DNA from: Tubiluchus corallicola
Taxonomy: Eukaryota; Animalia; Priapulida
Length of the DNA stretch: 64,000 nucleotides
Assembly: GCA_030141605.1 (NCBI GenBank)
Contig: JAQGDQ010000783.1
Coordinates: 31,991-95,990 of the forward strand
Direction: 5' to 3'
Shown here: one piece after another, positions 26,168-39,469 of the stretch
Position numbering within the stretch: position 1 is the stretch's first letter
Layout: each line of letters opens with the position of its first letter
Made by a program: the position numbers and the translations under genes
The notes under the pieces: generated by a model
The model's input: the letters and a program-made list of their open reading frames with translations, nothing else
Databases searched by the model: none
What the model was told of the DNA's origin: nothing

Positions 26168-26697
26168 TTCAGAACCGTATGTAAAACCGAGAAACCCTAA
26201 GCCACATACGGCTATGCGATGACAAATCTATATGTAACGTTCGCACACTTTTTCAAAAATTATCTTTCGCAACTTACAACAACTGCCAAAGCTCGCTAGC
26301 TTACGTTGGTTTTTTTTTCAAAAATATTGCAAAATTGAGCGTTTTTGTAGATTTGTTTATTTGCAGATGAAAAGTGGATAAAACAATAACATATTTAATA
26401 CGCAGAAACAGGAACTGGAATATGCGAACAGAAATTGAAGTATAAAACAACAATATACACAAAAGTACCAGCTTAAAATGGACAGATCTATTGAAAGTAA
26501 TTTCACTGTGATGTGTTTGTGCGTGATTTATTTTCTATAGTGGTTGGACTTGCTAGTTTTTTACTTATTAAGAAAACGATTCATTAATGCTGATCATTTT
26601 ATAAGACTATTTATGTGAAAATAATGTTTTTAAGCGGCAGGACGGATAGAAGAAAGTTTGAAGTGCGCGATATTCCGAGGTCATTAGAAAGACAAAT

Positions 26698-27729
26698 ATG
26701 CGTATTTCAGTTACCGCTATGAAGACTCATTTGTGTCTCTTTTATCTCTGTTGTGCTGTAATACTTCTACTGTTATTGAAATCATCTTACTTTTTTGTTC
26801 GTTTTGCGAATTTATTTTATGACAACGACGGAGTTACTAATTTACCAGCAAACGTAGAAGTGAATCCCTTTTCATTAATAAAATTTGACTTTCGTTTAAC
26901 AATAACAGTTATAGCTTTTAATTGAAACTATTCGCTCAGAAGATTGCTTTTGTCCCTTGAATCTGCTGATTACATGAATGTTACAGTTCTTCTTGAAATC
27001 TGGATTGACTGTCCTGTTGATGGTTTTGCTGATGAAAAGACTGTGCAGGTGGCACAGCAAGCAAAATGGACACATGGAAGAAAGACAGTCCATGTAAGAA
27101 GTGAGCATGCTGGTGCTTATACACAATGGTATGATACATGGACGCCAGATTTAGACAGAAGGGGCAAAGAATTTGGTCTTATCTTAGAAGATGATTGTGA
27201 AGTCTCTATACACTATTATAAATGGTTGAAGGCTGCAATTTATATGTACAAGGATCTGGCGGATTTGGCCAGCATAACTTTGTACCGAGGTCGGCTTGTT
27301 GTCAAGCCTGGAGTGGATAGGGATGTTGTTTGTCCTACTTTTACAGACATTGTTTTTCTCTATCGACTTTTCAGCACGTGGGGTTGTGCACCAATGCCTT
27401 GGATTTGGGCAGAGTTTAGACAATGGTATCATACAGTGAAGCAAAATAAAACATTTCTACCTTTAGTACCTGGTGACAAAGATTTGGTAATAAATGGCTG
27501 GATGGAACATTTTCATCCTAAAATCAAAATGAACGAAGCTTATTTTCTTCACTATACAGGAAAACATGAACTGTACACGCTCTACCCAAATTTGCCAAAT
27601 AATGTTACGTTTGTATGCAATCACAGAGATATAGGAATTCATTTTATCAAAAGTTTTAAAGGTTTAGGAATGTGCACATACCCCTTAGTAAAAAAAGTGG
27701 TCAATCTCATTTACTACGTTTCTCACTAA
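26698..27729 (+). pseudogene. GT2-like glycosyltransferase, mirror copy
   Basis: Same TGA (26923-26925) and identical translation. Confidence 0.75.
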
Positions 27730-28608
27730 TCCAGTCAAAGCCTACTGGGACGATTATCCCAACAAAGACATTTTCACACTCTAAGTTATGCAAATTAAAA
27801 TGTGCTAACTTCAGGATAGTCCCAGCTATTAAGAGATGAATTGCGCAAAAATGAAGGAGGCATGAAACTTTATTGAAACACAAAAGTTCCTCAGACTATG
27901 CTCATTAAGGACACTCTATTTTGGTCAAAATCTGAGATGGCCGCCAAAATAATAATGTCAATTTCTGTTGGCAAAAGTGCTATATAGGGCTTAGTGATGA
28001 ATTTCAGGTTGGTACCAAACTTAAAAAACTATCTGAACTAAAATCTAAGATGGCGGCCAAGACAGTTCCCAGAATGAAAGCATCAATAACTCCAATATCC
28101 CTATAAATCATTGCAAGTGTACTGTTAGTGGTTTTGGTGGATTGTGAGAAATTCAAAGTGGCAAAGGTCAATATTATAGCTATGCATAATTTCACGTTCT
28201 TATAATTCTTAGAAAATGGTTTCACTGACCACGGTTTTAATTTATGCATTACTTCATCTCTTAATGCTCCCCATTGTTACACCTCCCTAGAACATTACAC
28301 AACACCTATCTCTTTAATGTTTAAATAACTATAAGTTTATTAGTTTTAGCGAAGACATTTTAAGATGTTTTTTTTTCTAATTTTGGTTTGTGGTTGTCAT
28401 TCTCTTAATGGATCCATTTAATTTTGATAACTTCCTGCTATTTTATTATTCTACGTACGTGCAAAGTTTGATGATTTGTTGAAGTTTGTGAAAGTATATT
28501 TTAACTCTGTAATTTTTTTTCAAATTTTAACTTTTTTGCTGTAATATTTTCTCAACTGCTGTAAAGCGCTTTGAGACATATTGTGTAAGGTGCCTAATAA
28601 AAATATTT

Positions 28609-28619
28609 TTATTATTATA

Positions 28620-28705
<86 letters not shown>

Positions 28706-28736
28706 TAATATTATTATTATCATAATTATTATTATT
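28609..28736 (+). repeat. (TTA)n microsatellite
   Basis: Direct reading. Confidence 0.97.
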
Positions 28737-30861
28737 TAACTGCAATACATGCAAACAACAACGTCATTGCTTTCTTCATAAATTTCTTTATTCTCTACTA
28801 ATGTAATGAACTTTACAGAAGTTTGCAAATTTTACAAGGCTCAAGTTCAAAGTGTTATGGAAATTCAGTTTCAATCTCAGGAAATGGTAAACAGTCGAGA
28901 AGCAAAATTACAGAAGTGAGTCCAACTGAATAACAGACATAAATTATATATAGACTACACACGCCCACGCACGTGATCAATTAGTTGAAATTAATTAGGG
29001 ATCTAAATATACTAAGTCGCCTGAGCCTTTAACAGATAACATTGACAGGAATGAAATCTCCATGTGCATCATTACAGGCACAAACGATGTAATGTCACAA
29101 CGTCATAATTTTACAAGAGGTCAAGCTATTTATATATATCAAATGAAAGGTCTCAATGAGACAAACTGAATGATATAAGTTATGCCAAGATTGTTGACCT
29201 TTGACATGTGGGTGATGGGCTGCAAGGTTAAATGCTGAGGTTTCATTGTGAAATTCACTTTCCATGTATTAAAGAAATTCAATAAAACAAAATAAGTACT
29301 TTCAAAAAAGGCTGTCATCTCTTCATTTTTAAGGCTGAATTTTGCAACTATTGTTTGCAAAATCTTCAATTTCTATAAATATCATCTTCAACGTCAGAAA
29401 CATTGTCAACTAGTGTTATTTTTATTCGTTTTTACTGTTACTCTAGCCAACAGATGCATCCTAGCAGAGACAGATTCCAGGATCTTCCCAAGAGAAGATA
29501 ACTTCATCAGCAGGTATAGTTTTCAATACGGGTTTCAACCGACTATGATCAAGAACAAAAGCTAAGCAATCAGTCTAGCAATATGCATAACTTTCATTAG
29601 TTTACATTTATGACAGCTTTTAAACCTATTTGCTGCCTGTTTCGTGACTTTGTAATTTTCTTCTTCTTTTTTTGAACACATGCCTTCAGAAATTTTGTGA
29701 GGCTATAAAGCTTCTCAATGCAAAGTGGTGCATGATTAGCGCATACCTCTGACAGAGATCAGTGGCAGAGAAAATGCTATTCTTCTGCTATCCAATCAAC
29801 ACACCCTATCAGAACGAGATCCAATTCTTAAAATATTTCTTTTTTTTAATAAAACACATGTTGTTATAAGTTTTGGAATGCCATTGAGTTTCTAGATGTG
29901 AAGTAGTGCTGGATTTCATTTACATTCTATCAGAGAGCAGTAGAGTAGTAACTGCTAATAGTGAATTTATTTTCTATTTTCTCTCCTTCTCGCCAATCAA
30001 CACACCCTATCAGAGCCAGATCTATTTCCAGAACCTTACCATGAGAAACTACAGAAACTGCAAGTCAACCACAGGCACAATTTTAGACATGCTTATGACA
30101 TGAACATGGTCAACAGCTCAATTACAAACTGGCAAAATGCATTGTTTGCATTAGTTTACTTCTGCCCAAGATTTGAAAAGTTAGGGCTCCATTTTTCATT
30201 TCAGACTTTTTATCCTATTGTCACTCATTTTATCACATTGGAAAACTTTAGTTTTTTTAAAAACAGGCATGAAAATGAAGGAAAAAGCATTTTTGTACGA
30301 TGGTCTACTAGCAATAAAGCTAAAAACAAACAAAAAAGTAAACTCAGGAAAACATTAGGAACTTAAAATATATAGTTGCAGGAATCACAATATGAACACT
30401 GTACAGTAGATAAGTAAGCCCTTACTGTACAGTACTGCGCCACAGGCGGATGTGATATTTTATTTGCTTCTCTTACGAAAACACTATAATTATAGGTTGG
30501 CAAGCACGAAAATTGTAGTTTTTCTATCGCCGAGCATGGTGTGCAATTGCATTTTCATATTTAACAAATCGTAAAAAAAGAGAAAAATAGCTTCGATAAA
30601 ACCCGAAAATTCAAAACAAATGTTTTTAATAATATGGGGTTTTTTACTACATAAATGCTTTTGAAAATGCTTTTGATCCCGCAGTTAGCCTGTAAATACC
30701 CTGCACAACGCCAAGCGACAAAAACGTTTATTTAATATGCTAGTATGTGTTAGGAAAAGTTAACAGGAGAGTACAGGTCAGTAGTGATACAAACTTTGAG
30801 TGTGCGCGTATAATAAGCAATCGTTGATCCACTGTAAAGAATTATACCTGCAAATTAAAGG

Positions 30862-31944
30862 ATGCGGACAAACATCATATCTGTTATTTTCTCTTTCAGA
30901 TATTATAAAAGAAGAGCATACTTTTATATTGGATTATGTCTTGCTGTTTTATTTCTTAATGCACAACGAAATATTTTGCAATTTAGCCTTGATAACTGCT
31001 ATTCTAATGAAGTAAATTCTGTTAATTATGGTAGAGATGTGAAGAACTTTTTGTTTTCGTCTTCTATACAATTAAACAAGAGTGATATTTACTGTGGACA
31101 AGCCTGTGATATCAACAGTCAACATTTTCAACAGTCGCCTGGATTAGACTATCCAATGTTACATAAACACTTTGACTGTCTTTCTCTTATGCAGCGTTTG
31201 TATTTAGAGAAACCAGCTGACCAATGGCCTCCTCCACGTGCGCCACCAAGTGAATTATTTGATGAATTTACAATGTATGGAAAAATGCCATTACTTTTAC
31301 AGGAACGATGGTACTTTGCTTCCAACTATGCAAAAACTAGAAAAGAACTGTTTACACCGGAGTTAATGTCACAGTTGCAAAAAACTGCATCAGATGGAAA
31401 GAACATTTCAGTTTATGGCATTCACGCAATGCAAGTCGTAGATGAAGCTTTAGATATGTACAGAGAAAAGATTGAAGGTAAACATGGTTTTGTTATTGGC
31501 ACAGAATATCCATGGATTGAAGCTTTACTGCTTAATAGAAACGTTGGTCACATCACAACAATGGATTACAGTGATCTTGTGTCAAACCACAGTAAAATAT
31601 CAACAATTTTGCCTCAAAACCTATCAAAGCAATATCTTCAACATCCGAGACCATTATTTGATTTTGGAATCAGCTATTCTTCAATAGAACACAGTGGACT
31701 TGGGCGCTATGGTGACTCATTGAATCCAAGTGGAGATCTTGAAGCAATGGCTCAGGCCTGGTGCTTAGTTAAACCAGGAGGTTATTTCTTTCTAAATGTA
31801 GAAACAGATCATGGTAGAAGCTACTTAGCATGGAATGCACACAGAGTTTATGGAAATGAAAGACTAAAGCACCTCACTGCAAACTGGAATGTTTCAACAG
31901 TTTTATACAAAAAAAGGCAAATTCTGAGAATAATGAAAAAGTAG
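30862..31944 (+). CDS. DUF268-family protein (class I SAM-dependent methyltransferase-like), intronless CDS, 360 aa, intact
   Basis: TM segment AYFYIGLCLAVLFL; GFVIGTEYPWIEALLL, ITTMDY, FDFGISYSSIEHSGLGRYGD.LNPSGDLEAM...CLVKPGG, WNAHRVYG.ERL. Confidence 0.88.
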   Translation: MRTNIISVIFSFRYYKRRAYFYIGLCLAVLFLNAQRNILQFSLDNCYSNEVNSVNYGRDVKNFLFSSSIQLNKSDIYCGQACDINSQHFQQSPGLDYPMLHKHFDCLSLMQRLYLEKPADQWPPPRAPPSELFDEFTMYGKMPLLLQERWYFASNYAKTRKELFTPELMSQLQKTASDGKNISVYGIHAMQVVDEALDMYREKIEGKHGFVIGTEYPWIEALLLNRNVGHITTMDYSDLVSNHSKISTILPQNLSKQYLQHPRPLFDFGISYSSIEHSGLGRYGDSLNPSGDLEAMAQAWCLVKPGGYFFLNVETDHGRSYLAWNAHRVYGNERLKHLTANWNVSTVLYKKRQILRIMKK

Positions 31945-32019
31945 CCCAGTCTAAAACAGTTGTACCAGAGCTAAAAGAATAGTTACAGCTTAAAAAGGTC
32001 AACAAATGCAGGCACGACT

Positions 32020-32420
32020 TACGCACACCTGCCATACAACATCCACCACACTGGACACACTACATCAAAGAACACCATGCCACCCCCACCATGCCACACC
32101 TCCCACACCACACCAATCACACCATACCATACCCACCACCACAACACCCATTATGATTCCATGCCACACACCCACACAATATCTCACTAACAACACAACC
32201 CGCAACACACCATCCACACCCTCTATGCCACACCAATCACACCATCCCATACCCACCACTACAACGCCTATACAATTCCACACCTGCCACACAGCATCCA
32301 TCACGCTAGTCACACCACATCACCCACGCGATGCCACCCACACCACAAAACCCTCACCACAACACCTACACCATACCACACACCACACCACTCAACCCAC
32401 ACCACAACATCCATACCAAA
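32020..32420 (+). repeat. CAC/CACCA-rich degenerate low-complexity repeat
   Basis: Imperfect CACACCAC units with an internal duplication (CACACCAATCACACCATxCCATACCCACCAC at about 32110 and 32230). Confidence 0.85.
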
Positions 32421-35400
32421 TGCATTTTCACTCATCAACTGATTATTACTACGCAAACATTCTACATAGTGTTTGTAAACTGCATTTTTGACTTACATTA
32501 TAACAGCCAGCGGCAGCTTAAAAAAAATAGCAAAGGTGCAGGCATAATACAATGGACTGCGTCAGAACAATGGCTTTGCGTTCCAGTTTTCTAAGCGAGA
32601 AACACCCAAAATGGACACCCAATCAACTCGTAGCTGGTCCTCTTGATAGACATCTTCTTCCAACAGAACAACAAATCACCTTTCAAGAGTTCCACCAGAG
32701 AACGTTTTTCTAGACCCTGTTTGGTCAAAATTTCCAAAAAAACTGGGTAACTTCGTTTGGGAAAACGCCCGTTGTGAGGAGCAGAAGAGCAACAGAGAAA
32801 TCTAGAAGAGGTAAAAATGACACAGGTAAAAACTGGCGCATGAAAAACGGCACACTTGGTACAATATGTGTTTAGGATTAGAGTTACAGCTGGGATACTT
32901 ATTTTAGTTATTTTTACCTCTGCCAAGAAAATTATACTTCAACACAGTTTGTTTGTTCAGAAACACTTCGTTGATGTCTCTTGACGTAGTAGTACTTCTT
33001 TTTTGTTATATCGAACTGGGCAAACAACAGCGAGTTAGTTATACTTCCATTTCGAGAAATTCTCGCTTGTAAAACTGTGATAATAACCTTTGCTCCATGT
33101 GCATAGCTTTATTAAAATAACTTGGTGGCTTGCAAATAAAAAACCCACCTTAAGTCGGCGTGGTGGAATGCACCAAAAATTTATTCAAATATCAATTTTT
33201 GTTTTTTTATAAAATCAAATGTTAAATATATTCGGGTTTTAAAATTCTTATTATCAAGTTATCAAGAAATTATCAAGAAAATTTTCAAAAAATACTAAAA
33301 ATCCAATTTTATAATCCTATACCCTCTTCTCTGGCTAGAAATTAGTACTGCAATTGTAAAAAACTTGTACATTCAAACTCCGATTGTAGCTCGTCGAAGC
33401 TGTCATTTTGCTTCGTATTTTTTCTGTTGAAAAACTTAGGATCTTGTTTGAAAAACTGTTGAAAAGTCCAAAGTAACATAGTAACCAACATTCGTGCGTT
33501 TGCTAATGTTTAGAAACGCTTTGAACCGCGACCAAAACAATGGCTAACGTTAACAATGATTTTCTCAAGGTTATGGTTTTCAGTGTAGCCTGCACCTCAA
33601 CTTCAACGTGGATTATCTCAGCTTAAAAATAACACAGAGCAATGAGCTTGATACTAAAATGATCTTCATGAAATGCAGATCCGGAATGTGTGAATAACTA
33701 GAGAAGCTTAATTGCCGACTTATGGACGTCTACTACCACCTCCAAAATTAGAGGTTAAAAGGTATATAAAAACTATGTGGAACAAAATAACTATTGCAGC
33801 AAAATAACATAAGTGCAATTTTTTTCTGTAAAATTTTCACCTGCTTTCTAATTTGTGCTTTTATTAAGTAGCTAATCACAGTCGAGATAAAACTCTCTTT
33901 TGGCTCTAGCGCATGACATGCAGAACGCGTTATTAAAATAAGTCGTCGTTAAAAACAGCGTTCACACCTACTTGCACTTGCGTAGTGCATGAATGATAGT
34001 GTGTTGTAAAAAAACCTGTCTGTTTAGAAATACAATTTGCTTATCGCTGTAGTGTATGTTTAACACGCAGTACATTCATTAGGGTAAAGCCGATTTGTTT
34101 ACAAGTCAATGTCAATGCCAATGACTTCTTGTCGTAAGCCTTAACTGTATCAGCACACAATAAGGGTGTCGTCTGTTAGACGAGTTATGGCACCAACGTG
34201 AACAATTAATGCACAAACATAAGTTTTAGGTTTCGCCTCAGTGTGAGCAATTCATAATCGAAAATTTATAATAAAAAACGTTTGGGTAAAAATTCGGCTG
34301 CATTAATGAATTGAAAGGGCAGTTTCATCCTGATTTTCCACGAATCAAAAGCTGAGGTGCTACACGACTTTTCAAATCACTAGCAAACTGTCACAAATTG
34401 TATTTATTACAAAAAAGCAAAGCTTATTCGAGGAAAATTCTTTTTCGTTTTCTTCAGTGACACCCAGTATGAAGAGTCAGTATGATGCCATGAGCAATGT
34501 ATGCTATTGACTGTCCAGCATTGGTTTGTCAGTTTTTCTTTGAAGAATTTAAAGCAAATTGATGTCTTCCATTGAAAGGGTTATCGGCCTTTTGGTGATA
34601 AAATATTATCAAATTAGTTGGTCAAACTGAAACTGACAAACACATTTGATTAAAAAACTAGTTATTTAAATAAGACTGCCAAACAAACGAAACAACGATA
34701 AACTGCACACATAATATCAAACCTTAGCCAAATTACAATTATTCAGCAAGTTTTGGTGCCGCTCTGCCAGAAAATTATGGTACTAACATAATTATTTCTC
34801 GTTTTTGACATTTTAAAGTGAAAAATTAGAGAAGAAAAAGATGATGTTTTAGTTTGTTGCTCTTTTTATATATAGAATCAAAACAAGTAAAAAAATAAAA
34901 CAGAACATAAGAACATTATGACAAACAAAATTGAATAAATTTTAAACAAACGAAATCGTAACAATAAAGTCAACATAAGCAAATAAGTGACATTTAGTTA
35001 GTACATTTACAATATCAGATGTAATGAAATGAACAATTTTTTTCTTGCATTACAATAACTCATATGCAATACATGAAACAAAGTTACTGTAAAGAGATTT
35101 TGCAAACTTTTATAATTAATTATCTAAATGAGCAGGGCATACAACTTTTTTTTACAAATAATTACGATAATTTAGATAATTATAGCCTAACTGTGACAAA
35201 ATTTTATGAAAAACAAATGCAGAACACTGAAGGAAAACAGGAGAATATTTTATAGAATCAATATTATCTTGATACTGTATAAGTATTACTCTATAGGTAT
35301 CACTCAAAGACTTTCTATATTGATTCTTAAGGCTGAATTTTTCTCAGCAGCCACCCATCCTTTTAGCTGTTTCTGTAATGCGTAACCTTTATTACTCCTA

Positions 35401-38400
35401 TAGCTGCTCCTCACATCGCCTCTTACTTATTCCATTATCCAACCAAGTGACAGAAAATAAAAAGCAGCTCTATTTGAGTTGATTGGGACAAAACAGTGGA
35501 ATGTTCTATTTTTTCTGTTGGAAGTTAACTTAATGCTTGTAATAATACAGCACCCTGGAAGCCCTAGTGTGTTCTAACGTTGTTGTTTGAAGTAAAGTTT
35601 CTGTTGATAAAATTGAAAGGACTATAATCACATTTAAAATTTCAATTTTGGCTTTTTAGTTTAACAACTTTTCAATGTTTTTGCATTGCAAACACAGAGG
35701 TGAAAACTCCTTTTTCTGCTATGATTTCTAAACCTGAGACTGAGTGATAATAATTGCCGTTTGGATAAGAGGAGAAAGTTTAAAAACATGCTCAATCACG
35801 TGAATAAACATTAGTCAAAATGAACACAAAAACACTTTAGATGTGGACTTCTAAAATTCGCGATCTTCTTTGAAATTAATTCCTTCAAGAAGACAAATAT
35901 TTGTGAAGTTTTGACAACTCCGTACAGAAATACCCATAACAGCTTAATTGCATGAGCTACTAGGCAAAACTTTATATTTTCTGAAGGATAAATAAATTTT
36001 CTTTCTATTACTGTAGACTGTAGATTACTAAAATAACATAATTAGATTCAATGATGTAATTAAAGAATGATAAGTAAGGTTTGTAGAATTTCCTCAGAAT
36101 TTTCATTTCAAAGCCTTCTAGTTTGCAAATGATAGCTTGTACCTAAAACTGATCAACATATAGACTGTAAAACTTTCTTTTCTGCACAAGAATTTGTAAA
36201 CAGCCTTCAAATCACTCTAAGCTTGGAAATTAACAGCTGTATAGAGTGTGGAAGGTGTTATGAAAATTGTACATTTTAACCTCTTGCTACAGGTGGGTCT
36301 GCCCTTCCCTAGAAGCTGCTGATTATAAGGATGGGCAGGTGCAAGGCCAACGGCGCGCAATTTAAGTAACAATATCACGTAAAAGTACGCATAAGAACTG
36401 TCTTGAAGGTTAAGAAATATGTAATTCCGCTTTCGCTATAAAGGAGAATAACATAAAAAACAGGGTCTTAAACCCATTGCTTTATAGGCTACTTCGCCTG
36501 CTGGTTGTGTTTATGTTCAGAAAATTTCGCTGTTAGCTTTAATCATATAAACAACCAATTTTGAAAAAAAATAGCAATTTGGTAAAAAGCATTCCCGTAA
36601 CTCAGTCTGTCACACCAAATAAGAATAATGCATGTATAAAGGCAGGAAAAACCAAAAGGTTGGATTATTAGATCAAGCGGATACGCTCACCGATGTAAGT
36701 GTTTTACACACACTCGCATGGAGCATACACATGATGTATTATATTATATTTGATACAAATGAAATGTGTGTAAGTCCGTGATGTACCACACTTTTAAATA
36801 CGTGTTTTCAGAAATTTTGCACAAATTCTTCGCTGTCATTGAAAAATAAAACTAGCGAGAATTTTAAAACATGATGCATCTAAAGGTTAACTCATTTACG
36901 CTTTAGTACACTAGACATAGTACATAGACTGCAGTACTACGTATCAGTTTTTATCTGCAAAATACTTTTTTGGAAAGCTGTAATTGAAAACTTCAAACTC
37001 ATTCTTGTATATCTTATATACTTCTTCTTTCAATTGGAAAGGGACTTTAGAGTAAAATGTTTTTGCCACACTTTCCGATTGACCAACCTGCTTACTGTGC
37101 TTCTTTTTAGGAAGAGAATCCCTCGTGTTGTTAAAAAAAGTATGTAGAACGTATTTAGATTCCATTTCGATGCTTTCATGTTTTCCCACAAAATCATAAT
37201 TTATGGAGCAAACACGACATGTATCAATTAAACTTTTCCAGTGTACGTCTTTCTTGGATAACTTTAGGTCACTACCATTTGGAAAGTTTCTCTCGTCATC
37301 AACCAAGTATTGCAGAAACTGGTGAAAAGTAGAATAATTACCCTCTTTGTCAGACTTCGAATAGTGATTTCAGATACAATTACTTAATGAATCATATTTT
37401 TGATTGTAATCGACACCACTTAATTTATTTCGCCACGCTGAAAGAAGCCTTGCAAATGGTTCACGAACAAAAAAGAACTTCTTATAATCAGCAAATTCTT
37501 TAAGCTCCCCTTCATGCAACGGGTAAAAAAATTTTTTTACTTGACTGGAAATATTGCGATATTTTAGTAAACTTAGACGTGAACGAATAGTTTTTTAATT
37601 GCGGCTCTCCAGTTCATGCTTCCAACTTTTGGAGAACAACACCACAACACTCTGTGCATATGATCCACATAAATTAATGTTGGTTTACCATCTTCACTGT
37701 CTGCATTGTTTTTGAACTTTGGTCTTGTACAATAGTGCTGAATACGTTTGATTCTGGCTGAATTTTCCTTTTCAATTAAATCAAAAACATTCTTTAAATG
37801 ACTTCGATGGCTTTTAATGTTCTCATAATCTGAAAAAAAAACAAATATGAAATGTGAACCAGAACGGACAACCTGTGAAAGCAGTCCTAACTCAAGAAAG
37901 TGAGATGCACATTATGTCACCAACTGTGAATGTGTCTAAACTCAAATGAACAAACGTACTATTAAACGATCACAGGAAAGGTGCGTTTATAAGCCTCAGT
38001 GCAAAAACTGTAGTCACTCCGGAATGGAAAATTTAGCATTTTACTTATAAATTTCATTTGAAAGTAAAAGCTAGTTAACCTTGTTATACTGGCTTGTTAC
38101 AGTTGTCATACTGCCATCATATTAGCATGCATTACACAGGTGTAGCACAGCTTAAATGTAACAGTGCAGTGTAAGGCCCGGTTGTAAAACGAAAATCCTG
38201 ATCTTGTAATGTGTCATTTACTTGCTAGTAGTTCGCTTCTCCACTTGCCTGTTAAAATGTTGTGAAAACCATAATTTTTTTCATTTGTTTACTTTAATTG
38301 TGAAGGTGCATCATTACCACCTTCAGATCATACCAACTTGGCTGCTTATTGCTTTCTAGTCACCAATGTTACTCAAAACTTAGCGTTTACTTTCTTAGCA

Positions 38401-39113
38401 AAGAAACAGCTCCAACAGAAACAGCTATTAACCACTGTTAATACTGGTGTTGCAAACAAGGCCTAAGTTTCGAACCATCCTAGTCTTTCATACCTGTAAC
38501 ATCCTTCGAGTTATGCAGCTGTACCACGTGGACAGCCAACATCCTTTGCAGAGAATTAGATGCACTAACATACTAGTTTGCATTTGTTTTGTGTGCTTAT
38601 TCAGAAGGGAATGCATTTATTTATAAATGCAGCAGTTTGCCAATTGCATGTAATATTATTTTTTCTTTTGTTTTTCTATTCAGAAAAAAATAAGTGTATG
38701 TTACTAATATTTTTCTGCTTATTGTAGCATAAAGAATTCTAATTGTAAATAATTTGCTGTGAATGCTATTTTTTATAGTTTTTTTAATTTAAAATCGGAA
38801 GATCCCGCTATTATATGTTTTTCAAATTCATACAATGTTGTACCATTCTACTGCATTTAAAGTTGTCGCGAACGCAGATTTTTTAGAACATTTTAATCCT
38901 TTAGCTTTTTACAAAAACGAGGGAAAGCAATTACTGGCGAGCGAAAGGCCTAGTGTTTTAAAGTTCAACTCCACATTTCGCGAGGCGCAAATATATGACG
39001 TTTATAGAAAACAAGAACGACAAATTTAAAATATATGCATAGTTATTTTTACATTACACAAACAGTTAACAAGTGATATTGTTGTGGAAATCGACTGGAA
39101 TTAAACAGAGTAT

Positions 39114-39469
39114 TGTAGAATGTTCCATTGTACAGTAGAACAATCTTGTTATCTTGTAGAAGGTTCCATTGTACAGTAGAACAATCTTCTTACCTTGTAG
39201 AAGTTTCTAGAACTTTCTATTTCTAGATTGTTCATTTGCACTGATATATAAGGCAGAGCTGGCCGCTGGAGTTTATTCTCTCGTATTCTCAGATTCTCAA
39301 ATACGCATTCACTTTTCCAGATTATCACGTTTATTGTAAGCATTTCGCGTTCATTTCATACTTTAGTGTTGTAGAATTCTCGCATAATAAACTATTTTAA
39401 TTTGACAACGTGTTTTCTGGTTTTCTCTACGAGCCGTCCGAAAGAAACAAAACACAATAGATATTTACA
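39114..39469 (+). mobile_element. Probable solo LTR in the CHST intron
   Basis: TGTA...TACA termini; flanks AGTAT/ATTAT (4 of 5 match, TSD-like); TATATAA at about 39245; AATAAA at about 39386; tandem ~40-bp U3-like repeat. Confidence 0.65.
39199..39218. promoter_or_regulatory. Perfect 4-unit heat shock element
   Basis: aGAAgtTTCtaGAActTTCt, about 27 bp upstream of a TATA box. Confidence 0.6.

Larger units (their letters stand above)
15505..27947 (-). repeat. Right arm of giant inverted repeat
   Basis: Reverse complement of 1-12442; TTGGCGGCCATCTCAG at position 1 pairs with CTGAGATGGCCGCCAA ending at 27947. Confidence 0.98.

Noticed and set aside
1-27947. Inverted arms as terminal inverted repeats of a giant transposon or virus
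   Set aside because: The arms are far longer than the spacer and hold intron-containing host genes; no transposase, polymerase or capsid gene of such an element is seen; the outer boundary is not visible.
219-31944. Bacterial polysaccharide locus or contaminant
   Set aside because: Spliceosomal introns, LINE/LTR relics, microsatellites, low gene density and type II membrane anchors indicate a eukaryote.
32006-32594. His/Thr/Pro-rich mucin-like ORFs (also 57234-57493)
   Set aside because: They are translations of CAC-rich low-complexity DNA that is open in several frames, with no signal peptide or splice support.
32591-32926. 111-aa ORF with a CxxC..H motif
   Set aside because: No recognisable family or exon structure; possibly a TE remnant, but I cannot support a call.
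1023-37372. Selenocysteine or reassigned TGA explaining the in-frame stops
   Set aside because: The TGAs fall at positions expected to be Arg or a small residue, not Cys or Trp; TGA ends the GXYLT model normally; CHST also has a frameshift; the ATGA..AA..GA after 2770 lacks SECIS spacing and pairing.
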